NCBI GenBank assembly: GCA_008632985.1
Contig: QPGO01000042.1
Coordinates: 1-64,000, forward strand
DNA length: 64,000 bases
Direction of reading: 5' to 3'
Origin: Psammoneis japonica
Taxonomy: Eukaryota
Part shown: in pieces, positions 36,457 through 49,442 of the stretch
Layout: the number at the start of each line of letters is the position of its first letter
Position numbering within the stretch: position 1 is the stretch's first letter
Made by a program: the position numbers and the translations under genes
Notes under the pieces: model-generated
Database searches by the model: none
Told to the model about the DNA's origin: nothing
What the model saw: only the letters and a program-made list of their open reading frames with translations

Positions 36457-39124
36457 TTATGTTTCGTAAGGCGCAGATCCTTCCTCAGCCCCCTCTTCTT
36501 CTTCGATGATTCCCATGCTCTTCAGAACATCGTGACAAACTAGAAGCCTGGATGATACGGGGGACCACGGATCGATTCTAATGCTCCTACGAAATGACTC
36601 CGCACTCAATCTATATCGCTTTGTCTCATAATGCACTAAGCCGAGGCCATTCAGCGCTTGGAAGTGGTTGGGCTGTAACTCCAGCGTCCTTTCTGCAGCC
36701 TCAAGCGATGACTGCATATCACCAAGCATGAAGTGACACGTCGATTTCTTGTTCCAAGCTTCAGCGTAGCAAGGATCATCTACTACCAACTGTGAGAATA
36801 TCGACAAAGCTTTTTCTTTTTTCCCGTTCAGCAGGTCGGCTAATCCGTCGTCAAGCCTCCGTCGAATCTCTGGTTCCCTGTGAGCCTTCCAGATTTCCTT
36901 GATTGTTTCCTCTACAACCACAGCCTCATCCATACAGTCAGCCTCTCGTAACAAGAGGAACAAGTCCTCCAATGAAAAGGCACTTTTCACATTCAATGCC
37001 GTTGAGTCACGCAGAGCGAGGTGAAGTTGCTCTATCTCTTTCTGTTTTGAAGCAAATCGTCCGAGGACAGCTCGGTAAATGGCAAACTTTGCATAAGGAA
37101 TTTCGATTCCCTTGGTCGTAACTCACCTTGATAAAACTTAGAATTGAGGCTGTTTTATCGTCGTCGCCCAAGTCTTCAGCGTACTTAAACTTTAAAGGGG
37201 AAGAATTGTAAGGGCGAGAACGTTAAAGTTGTATTTGCGTCGAGCTATTGCAAGATGTACAACATACCTTAAGCTCTTCTGGTGGAACATATCTCGACTC
37301 AGATGGGCTGGCTTGCCACTCGGGTTCCAGATCAACGTCCAACAAAGTTCGATGCGGCGGACACAGTTCAAGATTTGCCTCACAAACATAACGGAACGGT
37401 CTTTCCCCACCAAAGACACGAACGCAGTCATTCTGATCGGGAATAATATGATAGAACGGAAGCTCCATTGGGTTCTCTATCTCTGTGAGACCGTCCCAAC
37501 GCGAAACGTCCACAGCCGGTTTCGGATCCCAAGCGACAACGACTCCCCGAAAACCATACTTCTTATGCACAACAACATCGCCAAGTGAATACCTTATTTC
37601 GCCAGCACGTTTGGCCATTTCTGATATGTGTCGATGCCACATCAGTTCCGACACTTCCATAGATAGACGGAGCAGCTTCTGCAAATGTTTGATTGCAATC
37701 TTCGTAGCCGACAGAGCAGCTGGCGATAGCCGGTCGTGCGTTGATACAACGTTTCCAATCGACAACGATGACAATCGTCGTTGGTATGAAGCCACCAATC
37801 CTTCACCACTTCCATCTCTCCCGATTTCATTGGCAATATATGCTTCCAGCTTTGTGGCGAATTCTTTCACTCCGTCAACTACTCTTGCTCCGGCTTCGGC
37901 AACAGGCTCTGAATCCTTAGGTGAATCGCCACCATCAACTTCGCCAGCAGCAACTTCAAAACCATCAGATGGATAAATGAAGCGCTTTGCTTCATTGGGA
38001 ATAAAGCGGTTGTGGTGCGCATCGAATCGATCAAAACTATGAGGAATCCAGTTGCTACGAACCCTACAAAGACTGGTAATTAGAGAGGTGAGAGCTACCA
38101 CAAAAGGCATGGAGTAAAGCCAGGTCAGTGTGACACAGAGCAACGCACCTCTTGTCTTCGACAGGTTTCAGATCAGACTGAACAGCCACAGGAATGCCCG
38201 ATTGATCGTTCGTCTTCCTCGTGCCACCTAGCAAGTGGGCGTCTCCCATGTCGATTAAAATAGAATATTCGATCTCTTCCTCTTTCGGTGAGTCTGCAAC
38301 GGGCATATTTGAAGTGTAGTCTTTCCGGGTGAGGGATGTCGGCACGTCCATTTCAAGGGATTCGTTCTGGTTTTCTCTTGTTCTACGCCAGTCTAGGATG
38401 ACGCCTCTCCATCGATCCCTTTCATGCTGCACAACTGACAATGATGAAACGGAAAGTGGGGTAAATCAACAGAATACATTTTGCATTCAACGACGAAAAA
38501 TCCTTCCTTTAATATCTCACCTTGTCCCACAGAGTATAAAACACCAGTTCGATCTACATGCGCCTCTCGCTGTTTCTTGATATCTTCCAATGCCTCTGTA
38601 AGCTCATTGACCGACTTGAGAGTTTCCAACGCGAGCGAGGTTCTTTTCTTTGTTTCGCCATTTTCTTCAGTGGAACCGCAATTTAGACGGAACACAGCGC
38701 GAAAAAGCCCCCTCAAATCCGAAGAACTCCTTATTGGTATCGTCAACTGATGCGACTCAATTATCGACTTCTTCGGGAGGAGCCCTCGAATGAATTCTAG
38801 CTGAGGATCAATGTCGTCATCGTGTCGGCCGTCATCAGCTAAGGCTTTTAGACCCGTTTGAGAAATTGATTCAGGTGCGGCTAGATGAACCGGCGGGACA
38901 AAAGACGAAAGAGGTATTGTTTCGTCGGTTTCTTGACACCACCTTAACAGACCACGGTAAAGTGTCCGTCCCAATCGCCTCCTTCTAGCCCCTTCGCTCG
39001 CGCTTGCAAATCTGCGAATTGAACGAGACGATTCACACTGACTTTTCCCAACAAAACAGAGCGCAGAAAGCGATCGAAATGGCCGCTGAGACCTCCTCAA
39101 AACTACTGAATAAGGTAACGGCAT
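36457..39124 (-). CDS. Protein with two YccV/HspQ-like domains and C-terminal TPR repeats
   Basis: YSVGQVVQH..WRGVILDW, YSLGDVVVHKKYGFRGVVVAWD and TPR motifs (AEAWNKKS, HFQALNGLG). Introns at 38435-38520, 38064-38148, 37190-37267 and 37042-37126. Confidence 0.8.
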
Positions 39125-39409
39125 ACTTATGCTGAAACTGGAGCGTCGTCGTTGTTAGAAGTTTCGATAGAAGACAGTTAGTGAATGTTATCCATTACCG
39201 GCACCGGTATTATGCATGCAGCATGTTATGTTCAATGTCCGTCCATCGCGCGCTACTCTCGGCACATGGGAGTTGGGAGGTCACGTGCCACTTCTCATGT
39301 TTCTCCACCGAATTGAGAATTGAGAATGAAGATACAGTATCCTAAATTCGATTCCGTAGACGTGAAGGATTTAGTTCCAGTGATGTCGAAGAACAAACAA
39401 AGATGCTTC

Positions 39410-40465
39410 ATGGTGGAGCGAAAACGGGGGCTATTCACGTTGATCTACTTTGGCTGTAGCTTTGTGTTTGCTTTTCACTTCCCAACTACACAGCTCGCTG
39501 CGTTGCAAATCGGACAGCAAAGGCAGACATCACGAAATCGTAGGAAACGGCAAAAATGGACCTGGACTCGGGAATCACATAGTAATAACGGGCCAGTGGG
39601 ACAGAAGTTTGTTCTCCCTGTTTTTCCTCTTCGCAAAGCCGTGAAGCTACCTTCTGATACACTGACTCTAAATTTGTACGAGGAAAGATACCTTGAGTTG
39701 GCGGAATATGTCCTGCGCTCCAACGAAACAGTTTTTGGTGCTCTCTATTGTTCCGACAAGCCCCAAATTATGAAAAGGAGTGGTCCTGTAGTGCCAATGA
39801 TAGAACCTGGTGATGTCGGAGTTATTTGCTATGTCATTGACAATGATGAAGGAATGGTCCCAACACGAGGTGGAGAATTGCGTCGACGCATCAAGCTTCA
39901 AGGTGTTGCGATTGACCGGTTTGTAATAGATCGCGTTTTGCACGACGGCTATGGCGGGGGCACCGCACCGGAAACGTCCGGTATCACACCTCTACCATTC
40001 ATATTGGTAGAGGCATTGACGCTGAATGACTCATCTTCGGCAACTGGCAAGAAGCTCACTACACTGGAACGAAAACTCTTTGACAAGTTTGCCAATGACG
40101 GGGAACTGCTGGGGGCAGGGGGCAAGAGCTTCTCCGATCATGTTTCGCTGGAGGATATTTTTTGCGTTCTTCCATCTGATTTGAAAAATGAAATCATGGT
40201 GATGAAACCTGAGACCGTCCGTTTCGACAACATTCAAAACGGTCTTTCGCGCACTCAGCGGGTGCTCAAGGCACGCCTTGACGAGGAAGGCAAGCGGCGA
40301 GAATTTTATAGTTTTGTTTCGGCAACGAATTTGCCTATCGAAATCCCCACCAAGTCGCGATTGAGATTGCTAAGATTAGTTTCAACAGAAGCTCGGCTTC
40401 AGTTCATCGACCGAATTTTCCAGTGCCGCTCATTGCTTTCAAGGATGAAATCGTTCTGGGAATGA
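39410..40465 (+). CDS. LON substrate-binding (N-terminal, PUA-like) domain protein
   Basis: LPVFPL..VKLP...LNLYEERY and C-terminal LLRLVSTEARL. The start is uncertain. Confidence 0.75.
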   Translation: MVERKRGLFTLIYFGCSFVFAFHFPTTQLAALQIGQQRQTSRNRRKRQKWTWTRESHSNNGPVGQKFVLPVFPLRKAVKLPSDTLTLNLYEERYLELAEYVLRSNETVFGALYCSDKPQIMKRSGPVVPMIEPGDVGVICYVIDNDEGMVPTRGGELRRRIKLQGVAIDRFVIDRVLHDGYGGGTAPETSGITPLPFILVEALTLNDSSSATGKKLTTLERKLFDKFANDGELLGAGGKSFSDHVSLEDIFCVLPSDLKNEIMVMKPETVRFDNIQNGLSRTQRVLKARLDEEGKRREFYSFVSATNLPIEIPTKSRLRLLRLVSTEARLQFIDRIFQCRSLLSRMKSFWE

Positions 40466-40866
40466 TTCAAGGCCATTGGAGCAATTTTCAGATGAGTGGT
40501 ACTAAACTAGAAGTGTTGAAGAGATATTTTTCTGTAAGTTCAAAGCAATTGCCCGCTAGCGTAGCTGTAGCCTCTCTCTACTACTAGAGTAGAGAGAAGT
40601 CTAGCTAGAGTAGCTAGTAGTAAGTAGTCTAGCTACTAGAGAGAGTTCCTTTTTTCGGCATCATGCCAATACGGTGGTTCAAAGTGCGGAGAATCCGTCG
40701 GTCGATCGATCGATCGATCGACGCGCAGACCACCTTTTTTTTTTGACCTAGCCTACCGACGATACGACACTGACCTCCTCGCACTTGTCACCGCTCACAA
40801 CACGCGTCGCAGCAGCAAGGAGCATAACACAACCGCAAATACTTTGGCCAACTGAAGATCGACGCT

Positions 40867-42818
40867 ATGAACACACGCCATAAACGATCCATTCGCATGT
40901 CGATTGCACGCGCCTTCGTGACTGGAATGCCGCTCCTCGTGCAGATTTCAAACTCGCAGCACCTCTACTCGGATTCTTTCCCCACCAACGATGAGTACGA
41001 CTTCACCATACTGGATCCCAATACAATCTTCGGGTCACCCTTTGGCGGATTCAGCCGTGCCACACGCAGCCGTTTGGCGTCGTTACCGCTTCATTTCCCA
41101 GCGTTGCCAAACTCGTCTCCGAAGCAAGACGATGAGAATTACTATACTGTGCGGGATGGGCAGGGTCGCCGCTTTGTGTGTCGGGTTTACCACGAAGATG
41201 AGCTCGATCCGAAAAGTTTACCTGATTCCATGTTTAACACAGCTGTCGAAAAGATAGCAGCTTCGTCAGAAGGTGAAAAGTCGTCACAGCAAGACGAAAG
41301 GTCAGAGAAGAAGGATAGAGGCGCATGGAATAAAGAAAATCCTAGCAAGACATCTGGCGCAGAAGGCAAAGTCCATAAAAATGGGGAAAGCGAAGTAAAG
41401 ACAGAGATTTCCAAGTCGAATTCTGCAAATAGAGAAATGGGCACACATGCTCTCTCTGCGAAGGAGCGAATCGAGCAAGAAATCTCTAAACTTGATGGAG
41501 TATGTGCACAGGTAGGTGAATCAGGTTTTGCTTTTTGTTGGACTGCTTCAGAATGCTCATCCGTTGCTCTTCCCAAAGATTCACCGCGGTTGGTGGAGCT
41601 ATGAATGGTGTCATGGCGATATTGTGTCACAGTTTCACATTCACGTTGAACAGGTACCGGGAGAGGAAACGTCGACGTCGCTATCTGTCCAGGACGTGAC
41701 GAATATTGGGAAGCTAGCGTCTAGGCACGTGGAGGTGTTTGAAAATCCGAATGATGTAGTCGATGGCATGAGGAAAATGGGGAGGGTTGTAGATGCCTTC
41801 GAAGATGGCGATGTTTGTCCAGAAACGAATGAGCCACGCCGGATTGAAGTGGAGCTGCAATGCTGCTCAATCCAGAAAATGAAGCAACTAAAAGGTGGCG
41901 TCCTTTATAAAGGAGAACAGGTTGTATCAGACATAGCATCCATGCTGTCTCTGAAGGAAACTGATACTTGCGTTTATCATGCAACAGTGTGTACTCCAGT
42001 CCTGTGCGAAGGCGCGGCGGAGGTTTTCGGTGACGACCACTTTGGTCTTGCGTCTATGAAAGATCCTGTGATTCAAAAGGTAAAGAATGCGCCGCCGAGA
42101 AAGGAAAACGAATCGATACGAGAGACAATAGAGCGTACCTTGAATAATGTTTGTCTCATTAGTGGCAGTGGAGGGTGGTAAGTTTGTGATAAGCGAATTC
42201 GAATTCGTTCGACTTCCACTTCTTGTCAGATAAGGTAACCTTGTTGCACTTGTGACCAAATTGTATCCTAGGTGGGTTTATGAGTTCTGCCACCGACGAC
42301 GCGTCAGGCAATACCATGAGAGTACTTATACGGATACAACCTCTGGATTGCTGACTAAAATTACTGACACAGAGTACATACTTGGTGCTTATACTGCGGG
42401 TGACATTGAAGGGTTTCCCAACGAAGAAGAAGCGAACCACGTGGTGAGTCCCGCAGGTGGAGTTAGTGGGAATCGAGCCAACCAGAAGACTAGATCCAGG
42501 TCCAAAGGAGGAAACGGCGCATATTTTGTACAAGAATATCGCCATGGTGATGTATGTGACGACGAGGATGTTACAGAGGCAGCGGTAAAGGCCGGAACCT
42601 TTGGGACTGGTGGGATTGAAAGGTCCATTTCCATTCGCTTTTTCTGTGGTCCAGAGTTGGAGCTTGTCCGTGTCAACGAAGACAGTACATGCCATTACGT
42701 TGCGGAGGTGACAATTCCCGACTTGTGCTACCACCCACTGTTTAAGGCACCTGTACAGAAAAAGCAAGTTGTGAAATGTTTGCCGGTAGATCCTTTTAGC
42801 GAGAGCCTGCTTGCTTAG
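40867..42818 (+). CDS. OS-9/Erlectin-like ER lectin with two MRH domains
   Basis: GWWSYEWCHG..VSQFH and GWWVYEFCHRRRVRQYH, two GDVC motifs, and E.STCHY. Introns at ~41512-41578 and ~42178-42272. Confidence 0.85.
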
Positions 42819-43066
42819 GGGATGCCGATAACAATAGAACATGCCGTGTGCAACGTACACGTAGGTATACTTTCAAGTGGAACGCCTCGTTGATTTGCGA
42901 TTACCATAGACTGCAGTGAACAAAACTAGCTTCGAATCCTCGTCCAGTTTCCACTTGTACCAAGAACGTGTAGGTGCGTTGGCGCTTTCAGAAGTCCCCG
43001 CAAGATGTAACCGCGGCCAGCAGAAGACCAAGGGATCATACACTAAGACTCACTCACTAGAGCTGC

Positions 43067-43243
43067 CACGAACTGCGGAAGAAGAGCGGGATAGAGCGAC
43101 TGGTGCATATTGCATATGTTAGAAACAGTGGCAAGGGGGAAAATGCCGCTGGTAGGCTGCTATTTATAACTGTCGTTGTTTCAAGGAGGTACTCTTTCTT
43201 TCCACCAAATAGTTAGAGCTATTCTGTAGTAGAGACGTCGGCT
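43067..43243. repeat. ~177-bp dispersed direct repeat, copy 1
   Basis: Aligns without gaps to 49266-49442 (cacgaactgcggaagaagagcggg...gtagtagagacgtYggct). Confidence 0.95.
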
Positions 43244-43616
43244 GGTATCTAGAAATCTGGAGGAAAGAAACGTTCTTCACTATTTTCAATCGTCAGCTCT
43301 TTATTTTATGCTCCCGGCCTTTCTACTCTCTACTCTAGCTAGTAGCTACCGGCACTCACAAATAGCGAGAGCGATCGATTCGTCCGGCCGGCAGTTCGTT
43401 CTTTCGAGAGAGATTCCTTGTCGCCAAAGAAGCAAAACAAATCTGGCTTTTCGCATTTGTGGTTGTGTGCCCTTGCTTTTCCATTTGAACTTAAATGATT
43501 CGATCCATTTCGTACCCAACTCTTGCGGACAACCGCAACGACCACCCGCAGTCAGTGAAAGACAAGCAACACGCCGGACTATGAGATTCCAACCTAATAC
43601 TTCAAATTCATTTCTG

Positions 43617-45717
43617 CTAATGAGCCACTTTTTGAAACAAGTGTCGACGTTGATTTTCAAAGTCTTCCTTATTGGACGAGATCATGACGGCGATAAAGGC
43701 TACTCCCGCCCAATAATGACGCGACGTGTCCTTTTGCAGGGCATGTTGATCTTGCTTGTCCTTGGGAATGAGTCCAAGTAACAAGAGAGGGACAGGTCCA
43801 ACGAGACCACACAAGAGCGACCACACACCGTCAAAGTTTCCAGACGCAACGGTTTCCGACGACACGTCCCACACTCCGGTAAGAGCAGTGGATATATCAA
43901 AGGCAAGTGAGCCAGCCAAGTTGCTCCACGTTGTCAACATTGCGTACGTGGTTCCTTCACTTCCCGCTGGACACAGTCCCAAATACATGATGCACATGGG
44001 AAGAAACTGGACAGCAATCACAAACTCCACCAGAATGTCGTCACCCATGTTGAACCAAATATCCGGAATCCCGATACGCCGATTCCACCTAAAGACTAAA
44101 ATGATTTGTCCCAGCGCAATGATAGTGGCCAGTGTCGTGCACCAAAAGTACACAATTCTCCAATTGGACGCAAAAAAGAATTTCTTGTACGCCATGATTC
44201 CAAGCCATGCCATGATGCTCCCACCAATGCTCATGATACCAATTTTCCACGCTTCAAAGTCCAGTCCCTCGACCAAAAAATTCATCCATGCGGCATTGGT
44301 GAGTTGGAGCGCATTGTAAACGTACACAAAAGTCATGGGCTGCCAAACGGATCGTAGTTGGACCGTGTGAAACAAATCTTGGCATTGTACGACAAAACTT
44401 TTTGGGGCGCAGCCAGTTTCCAATTCCAAGAGATAGGGAACGACGGGAAGCAAAAAGAGCAAGGCAAAGACGCCATTGATGAAAAAGACGACATTGATGG
44501 GCAAGTACCAATCCCACGTTTCCTTATTGTACACCAATGCCCCAATTGTAGCTCCAATGGTGGAACCAAAGAAACGAATAATATAACCCGTACTGGTACT
44601 TTGCATGGTGCCTCTTGATTCGTCCGGCTCGTACCGCGATCGTTCCACAATGAGCGCGTCCGTCATGACATCGGCCAGCATGTATCCAGCCGTTTGTGTA
44701 AACACAAATAGAGTACACCATTGAATGTTGGGTTGTGGTGTCATGGCCAAAATGAGATTGCTACCAATGTACACACACCAACCAATCATGAAATAGGGTT
44801 TTCGTCGCAATCCCGAAATGGGAAGACAGTCCGATAAGAACCCGTACAAGACCTTGAAGCACCACGGAACCGCCACTGTGAATAAAAAGTAAAATAAGTG
44901 GGAATGTCAGAATGTTTCAGCATAATTCTCGCATCAAATTAACACTCCAACCACAATCTCTGTAACGACAATCATACTACACACTCACTGACGGTAAAGA
45001 GCACATTGACTTGTGCGGCCGACGCATCCAAGTCTTGAATAAAGTACACAATCAGTGGCGTTCTCAAAAGCTGCAGTGCCACACCTATACAAAAGTATGA
45101 TATGGGTATTGCCAAACTGGGAAGCGAATAAAAGCAGTACATCCATTCCGGTGTTTCGCCCGATCTTTGAGACTCTGTTGTTGTTCTGGATTGAGCGGCG
45201 TGTAAATGTCTAGCCCAAACCAATTGTGCAAGTAGACCGACGACTACGCAATGTATCCGTCTTCGAGTGGACCATACCATCGTTTCGTAAAACGTCGTCC
45301 ATCGTATGCATGACAAATGTAGTAGGGACCCTCATAGTAGGGTGCACGTTGCCCGTGACAATCAAACAATTGTGGTGTTTCGTCTGTAATACCGTCAAAA
45401 CTGGTAGATGTTACTGACACGACCGACGCGGTATCATTGTGTGTCAGAGGAGGAGGAGAGTACGGGCGTTGTCGTTGTTGTTGTTGTCTTGGTGACATGA
45501 AGCCAATTCCAGTTGCCGTGCCGTCGTTGGGAAACGCATGAAACGCGTTGCTCGGCTCGTCATGTTCGTCTTCCTGACTCGTCATGGAGGAAACACCCAA
45601 TCGAATGGCTAATCGTGTCGCTTCAGCATTAGCAGCGGCGAGTTCATCCTGAGGTTGTTGAGAAGTCGTTCGACGGGGACCTGATTCGCCAGGTTGCAAA
45701 GCATCATGGTTCTTCAT
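43617..45717 (-). pseudogene. Folate-biopterin transporter (BT1/MFS), probably pseudogenised
   Basis: BT1 motifs are PWCFKVLYGFLSDCLPISGLRRKPY, ADVMTDALIVE and CPAGSEGTTYAML. Intron 44876-44988. There is an in-frame TAG at 45244-45246, a 1-nt frameshift near 45160 and an abrupt C-terminus. Confidence 0.75.
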
Positions 45718-46020
45718 TATTTACTACTCCTGCCGCCTTCAAACTCAATTTCACTGTTTGCGGCTTCTGCTTGGAGTTGCGTCTGGTGCTCAAAGCTTCT
45801 GCCAACTGCATGGGCTCGTTTCTCCGAAGGTGCGGAAAAGGACACCGAACTGCAACACGGCAAGGGAACAAACCAGACCTCCCAGTTGGGAGTGGGGAAC
45901 TAACAAACAACAAATGCGCTGATTCTTATCATCTTGAAGAGAAGACTCGGTCGCCGAAAAGTATTTCATCTAAAATCTAATGACGTGAACATCACATCAC
46001 CATGACATCTTCAACCATAT

Positions 46021-46184
46021 CTACGTGGGCATAATACCAGCTCTACACATTTCTACATGAAATCCCGCAGCATGCGTGGGCATAATACCAACTCTACACA
46101 TTTCTACATGAAATCCCGTAGCATACGTGGGCATAATACCAGATCTACACATTTCTACATGAAATCCCGTTGCCTACGTGGGCA
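46021..46184. repeat. 51-bp tandem repeat (3.2 copies) carrying TACGTGGGC
   Basis: cgtgggca occurs at 46024, 46075, 46126 and 46177. Confidence 0.95.
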
Positions 46185-49100
46185 CGGTATATTTTCAACG
46201 GGGCATCATCATGGTACAAAGATCCCGTGAAAATTGTACGTGGGCAGAGGATTGGGCGGGTGTACCGGTTCAACGCAGACCTACAAGGGCAGCGCTTTTG
46301 GTGCGGCACTAATTCCACGTAGTCTACGTGGGCGGAACACGCCAGCCGGCCATTTCTCGCGGGCGCGACGATCATTGCTCACCCAAAATCTCAAACCGCC
46401 GCACCGCCTGCCTCTTCGATCGCTGCAAGCACCATGTCATCTGCCTCCCAAACCACCGCCAACGCCAGCAGGAAGCGTTCATCGGATGCTGGCTTGCATC
46501 ACGGCAGCAGCATCGCTGGCGCTGCCATTCGTCGTCGCACCGGATTGTCTCCGGGCCGTTTCGCCCATGTCGGATCGTCTCCTGGAAGAAACGGCCATGC
46601 TGCGGACGGAACAAACAGGTGTCAGACACCAGTTTCCCAGCGTTTTTACAGCAAAGCAATCATGTGACAATTTCGCACAATTTCAAAAAAAGATGAGGTT
46701 GAACCGAAAAATGCGACAGATGCTCACAAAAGTGCGACGCAACACGAGAAGCGACAATGGCGTCCATGTGGGGATGAAAACAACATCCACACTAATTTGA
46801 GGCATGCATGCATGACAATGCAAACGCAACAAATTTAACTGATGCACCATTTGGCTCACTCGTGTCCGTCCAAGTGCTCCAATCGACCATTCGAGATGAC
46901 GCCATTGTCATCAATGTTCCGCACAGTTGCTGCGCGTAATTCACGTAGAAAATTGCAAAAACAGCTGGTGACAACGACGCCCTGAATTCAACTGCAACCT
47001 GCATGCACGGTCAATGTGGGCACATGTCTGCAATTGTCGCCTGCCAAACGACACGTCTGGCGCATTAGTTGCGTGCAAATTGATCAATGGCGTCACCGGT
47101 GGCACGCCATTGTCAGCATCGAATGCCGTGCAAAAAGCACGGGGAGGACAGAAATCGACTCTTCTGTCGCATTTGTCTGTCTGTCACCCGTTTGTCTCGT
47201 AGAATCTACGTGAAAGTTCCCACACTTTACGATCTGTCCATGCTGACATTGTCATCTGACAACTGTTCATTCCTCTGACAACCGTTTGTTCTGCGCGTGG
47301 CGTGCCATCTCGTCTCCTGGAAGATCATCATCTTCTGTGTTTTCGAGCCGCATGGCCGGCTTTGCTGGCCTGGACAGCACAAATGAAGACAACAGTCTCT
47401 TCGACGCCTCTGTGCCGCTTGCAAGCCTCGAGTTCCAGACTTCGGGGCAGTCCAACGTTTCATCTGCCCTCGGAAGCCTGATTGACGGGAGCGTTGTGGA
47501 CGACGCACGCGACGATCAAGTCGAGCAAGACGACGGTGAGCAAGACGGTGAGCAAGTCGATGAGCAACAGTCCGTGTTGTCAGAAGTGGTCGCAGATCTC
47601 GCCACGGAGCTTGTCACCAAGTTCTTGCCGAATCGAAAGAGCACGTTCGCTCTGGTGGGCAGCGACTGCTTCGAAAAGGAGCTGTGCCGCATTGCGGATT
47701 TCAACGCCGCTCCAGTTGCAGAGGACCATGTCAAGAGGATCTCTTCATCACCTCGAAACAGCCTGATCGCCCGAATGGGCCTGCCAAACATGCAGACCGA
47801 CGTTGTTGTTTTGACTGCGAATCAGGCGAAGTGGGAGAAGAATGCCAAAACCTGCAAGGAGAAGATTGCGTCCTGCATCGAGAAAGAGCACCTCCTTGCT
47901 CCTTTGCTCGAGTCATCCCATGAAGCCTTGAAGGAAGCAAACGAAAGCCATCAGGCTCTTCTCTTGAAGCAAAAGGCACGTGTCTCCGCCCGCACGCAGT
48001 GTGAGGAGCATTTCAAGCGCAACAGCCGCCGGGCGAAGCTACGAATTGTTTTCAAATCTTTGAATTCAATTTTTATGGATGATTGCAGACCAGCTCACAG
48101 ACTTTTTCTTTGCTTGACTCCAGTGGTCCGAAGACGTTGAGATGAATTTTGTCTGCAGCAAGCTGTCTTTGTTTTCCTACGAAGATTGCATGGGCATGGG
48201 TCGGGACGAGGCGTGCGATGTGGTTCGCATTTGTCAGGTCTTCCGTTACGAGAAAACCAAGTTTTTCCGTGCCCTTTGGAGATTTCCCTTGGAAGGCTTC
48301 ACTCTAGAGTCGTGGATGGACACGCATGGCAACCAACCAGCCCTCCAGGCAGGGAAGGGCAATTTTTCCTCACTCTTCGTAAAAGAGCGAACGGCCCACT
48401 TTCTAGGATTCCCCACTCCCAAACATGTCAGGGCTTGCCGCGAGAAGGCAGCCAACGCATCCACCACTGCATCGACCAGCAACGAGGCCGCTGTGGCCAC
48501 CACCGGGTCCGCCACTGCTTCGACCAGCAACGCAGCCACCAACGTTTCTATCGAAGCCCAGCTCAATGACATGGATCAAGGGGGGCTTGATGCTCTCATC
48601 GCCAAAGCCATTGCAAAGAGGCGTGCGATGGACCAACCCTCCACAAGCGACCCATGAGCTCCACCTGTCTCCCTCTGGATGTTTGAGCTCCTCCGACAAC
48701 ACTGCCAAGCAACGCTGGCACGCAAGTGACGTAGAAGACAAGAACCAGTCTCTCACTCAGGCTGGGTCCACTCCACAGCTCCAGCAGAAGACACCATCTC
48801 ATTGCACAGTCCTCACAAAGATCGTATTGCTGTATGCTTGTTTCTACAACAACTCCAAAATTATTTATTTCTCCCGACTACAGCAAAATTCAATCCATCA
48901 TCACCGTCGTCAGCACCGAGTTATGTGGAATTGTCGCACCATCCGTCCCTTTGACACACCACGTGAGTTCCAGTCGGGTGGCAATCCAAACACTGTCCCC
49001 GAGTTCCGTGCCATCAGTGTTCCAGCAAGTGCACGGGCGATCCTTGACCAAAATGCGGATGGTCCGTCCAATGCGTCTCAGTCTTTCCGTCACCAAGACT

Positions 49101-49265
49101 TGGTGTGTTTTGGAAAGCGTCGGGCAGCCGCATTTGCTTGTTAAAAAGACGGAGGTTGGAAAACAAACAGCCTTTAGTTGCGATTCAAAAGCCTTGTGAG
49201 TCAACGTGATGCATCCCGCTACCGTGGATGCGGCGGCTCCCGATGCAGCAGCGACGACCACCCAG
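46021..49265. mobile_element. Unclassified repeat or transposon-like segment with a Tyr-free ORF (47352-48657, probably spliced)
   Basis: It has terminal tandem repeats and strong TpA depletion, and contains no recognisable host gene. I did not identify a transposase motif. Confidence 0.4.
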
Positions 49266-49442
49266 CACGAACTGCGGAAGAAGAGCGGGACAGAGCGACT
49301 GCTGCACATTGCACATGCCAGAAACGGTGGCAAGGGGGGAAATGCTGTTGACAGGCTGCCATTTATAACTGTCATTGTTTCAAGAAGGTACGCTTTCTTT
49401 CCACCAAATAGCGAGAGCTGTTCTGTAGTAGAGACGTTGGCT
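49266..49442. repeat. ~177-bp dispersed direct repeat, copy 2 (TpA-mutated)
   Basis: Aligns to 43067-43243. Confidence 0.95.

Noticed and set aside
40701..40722. (GATC)n palindrome, and the (CG)n run near 63713-63726
   Set aside because: These are short microsatellites with no further supporting structure.
46021..46184. CRISPR array
   Set aside because: The whole 51-bp units repeat with no unique spacers, there are no cas genes, and the context is eukaryotic.
43067..49442. LTR retrotransposon defined by the direct repeats
   Set aside because: There are no TG...CA termini, PBS/PPT, or gag/pol remnants between them.
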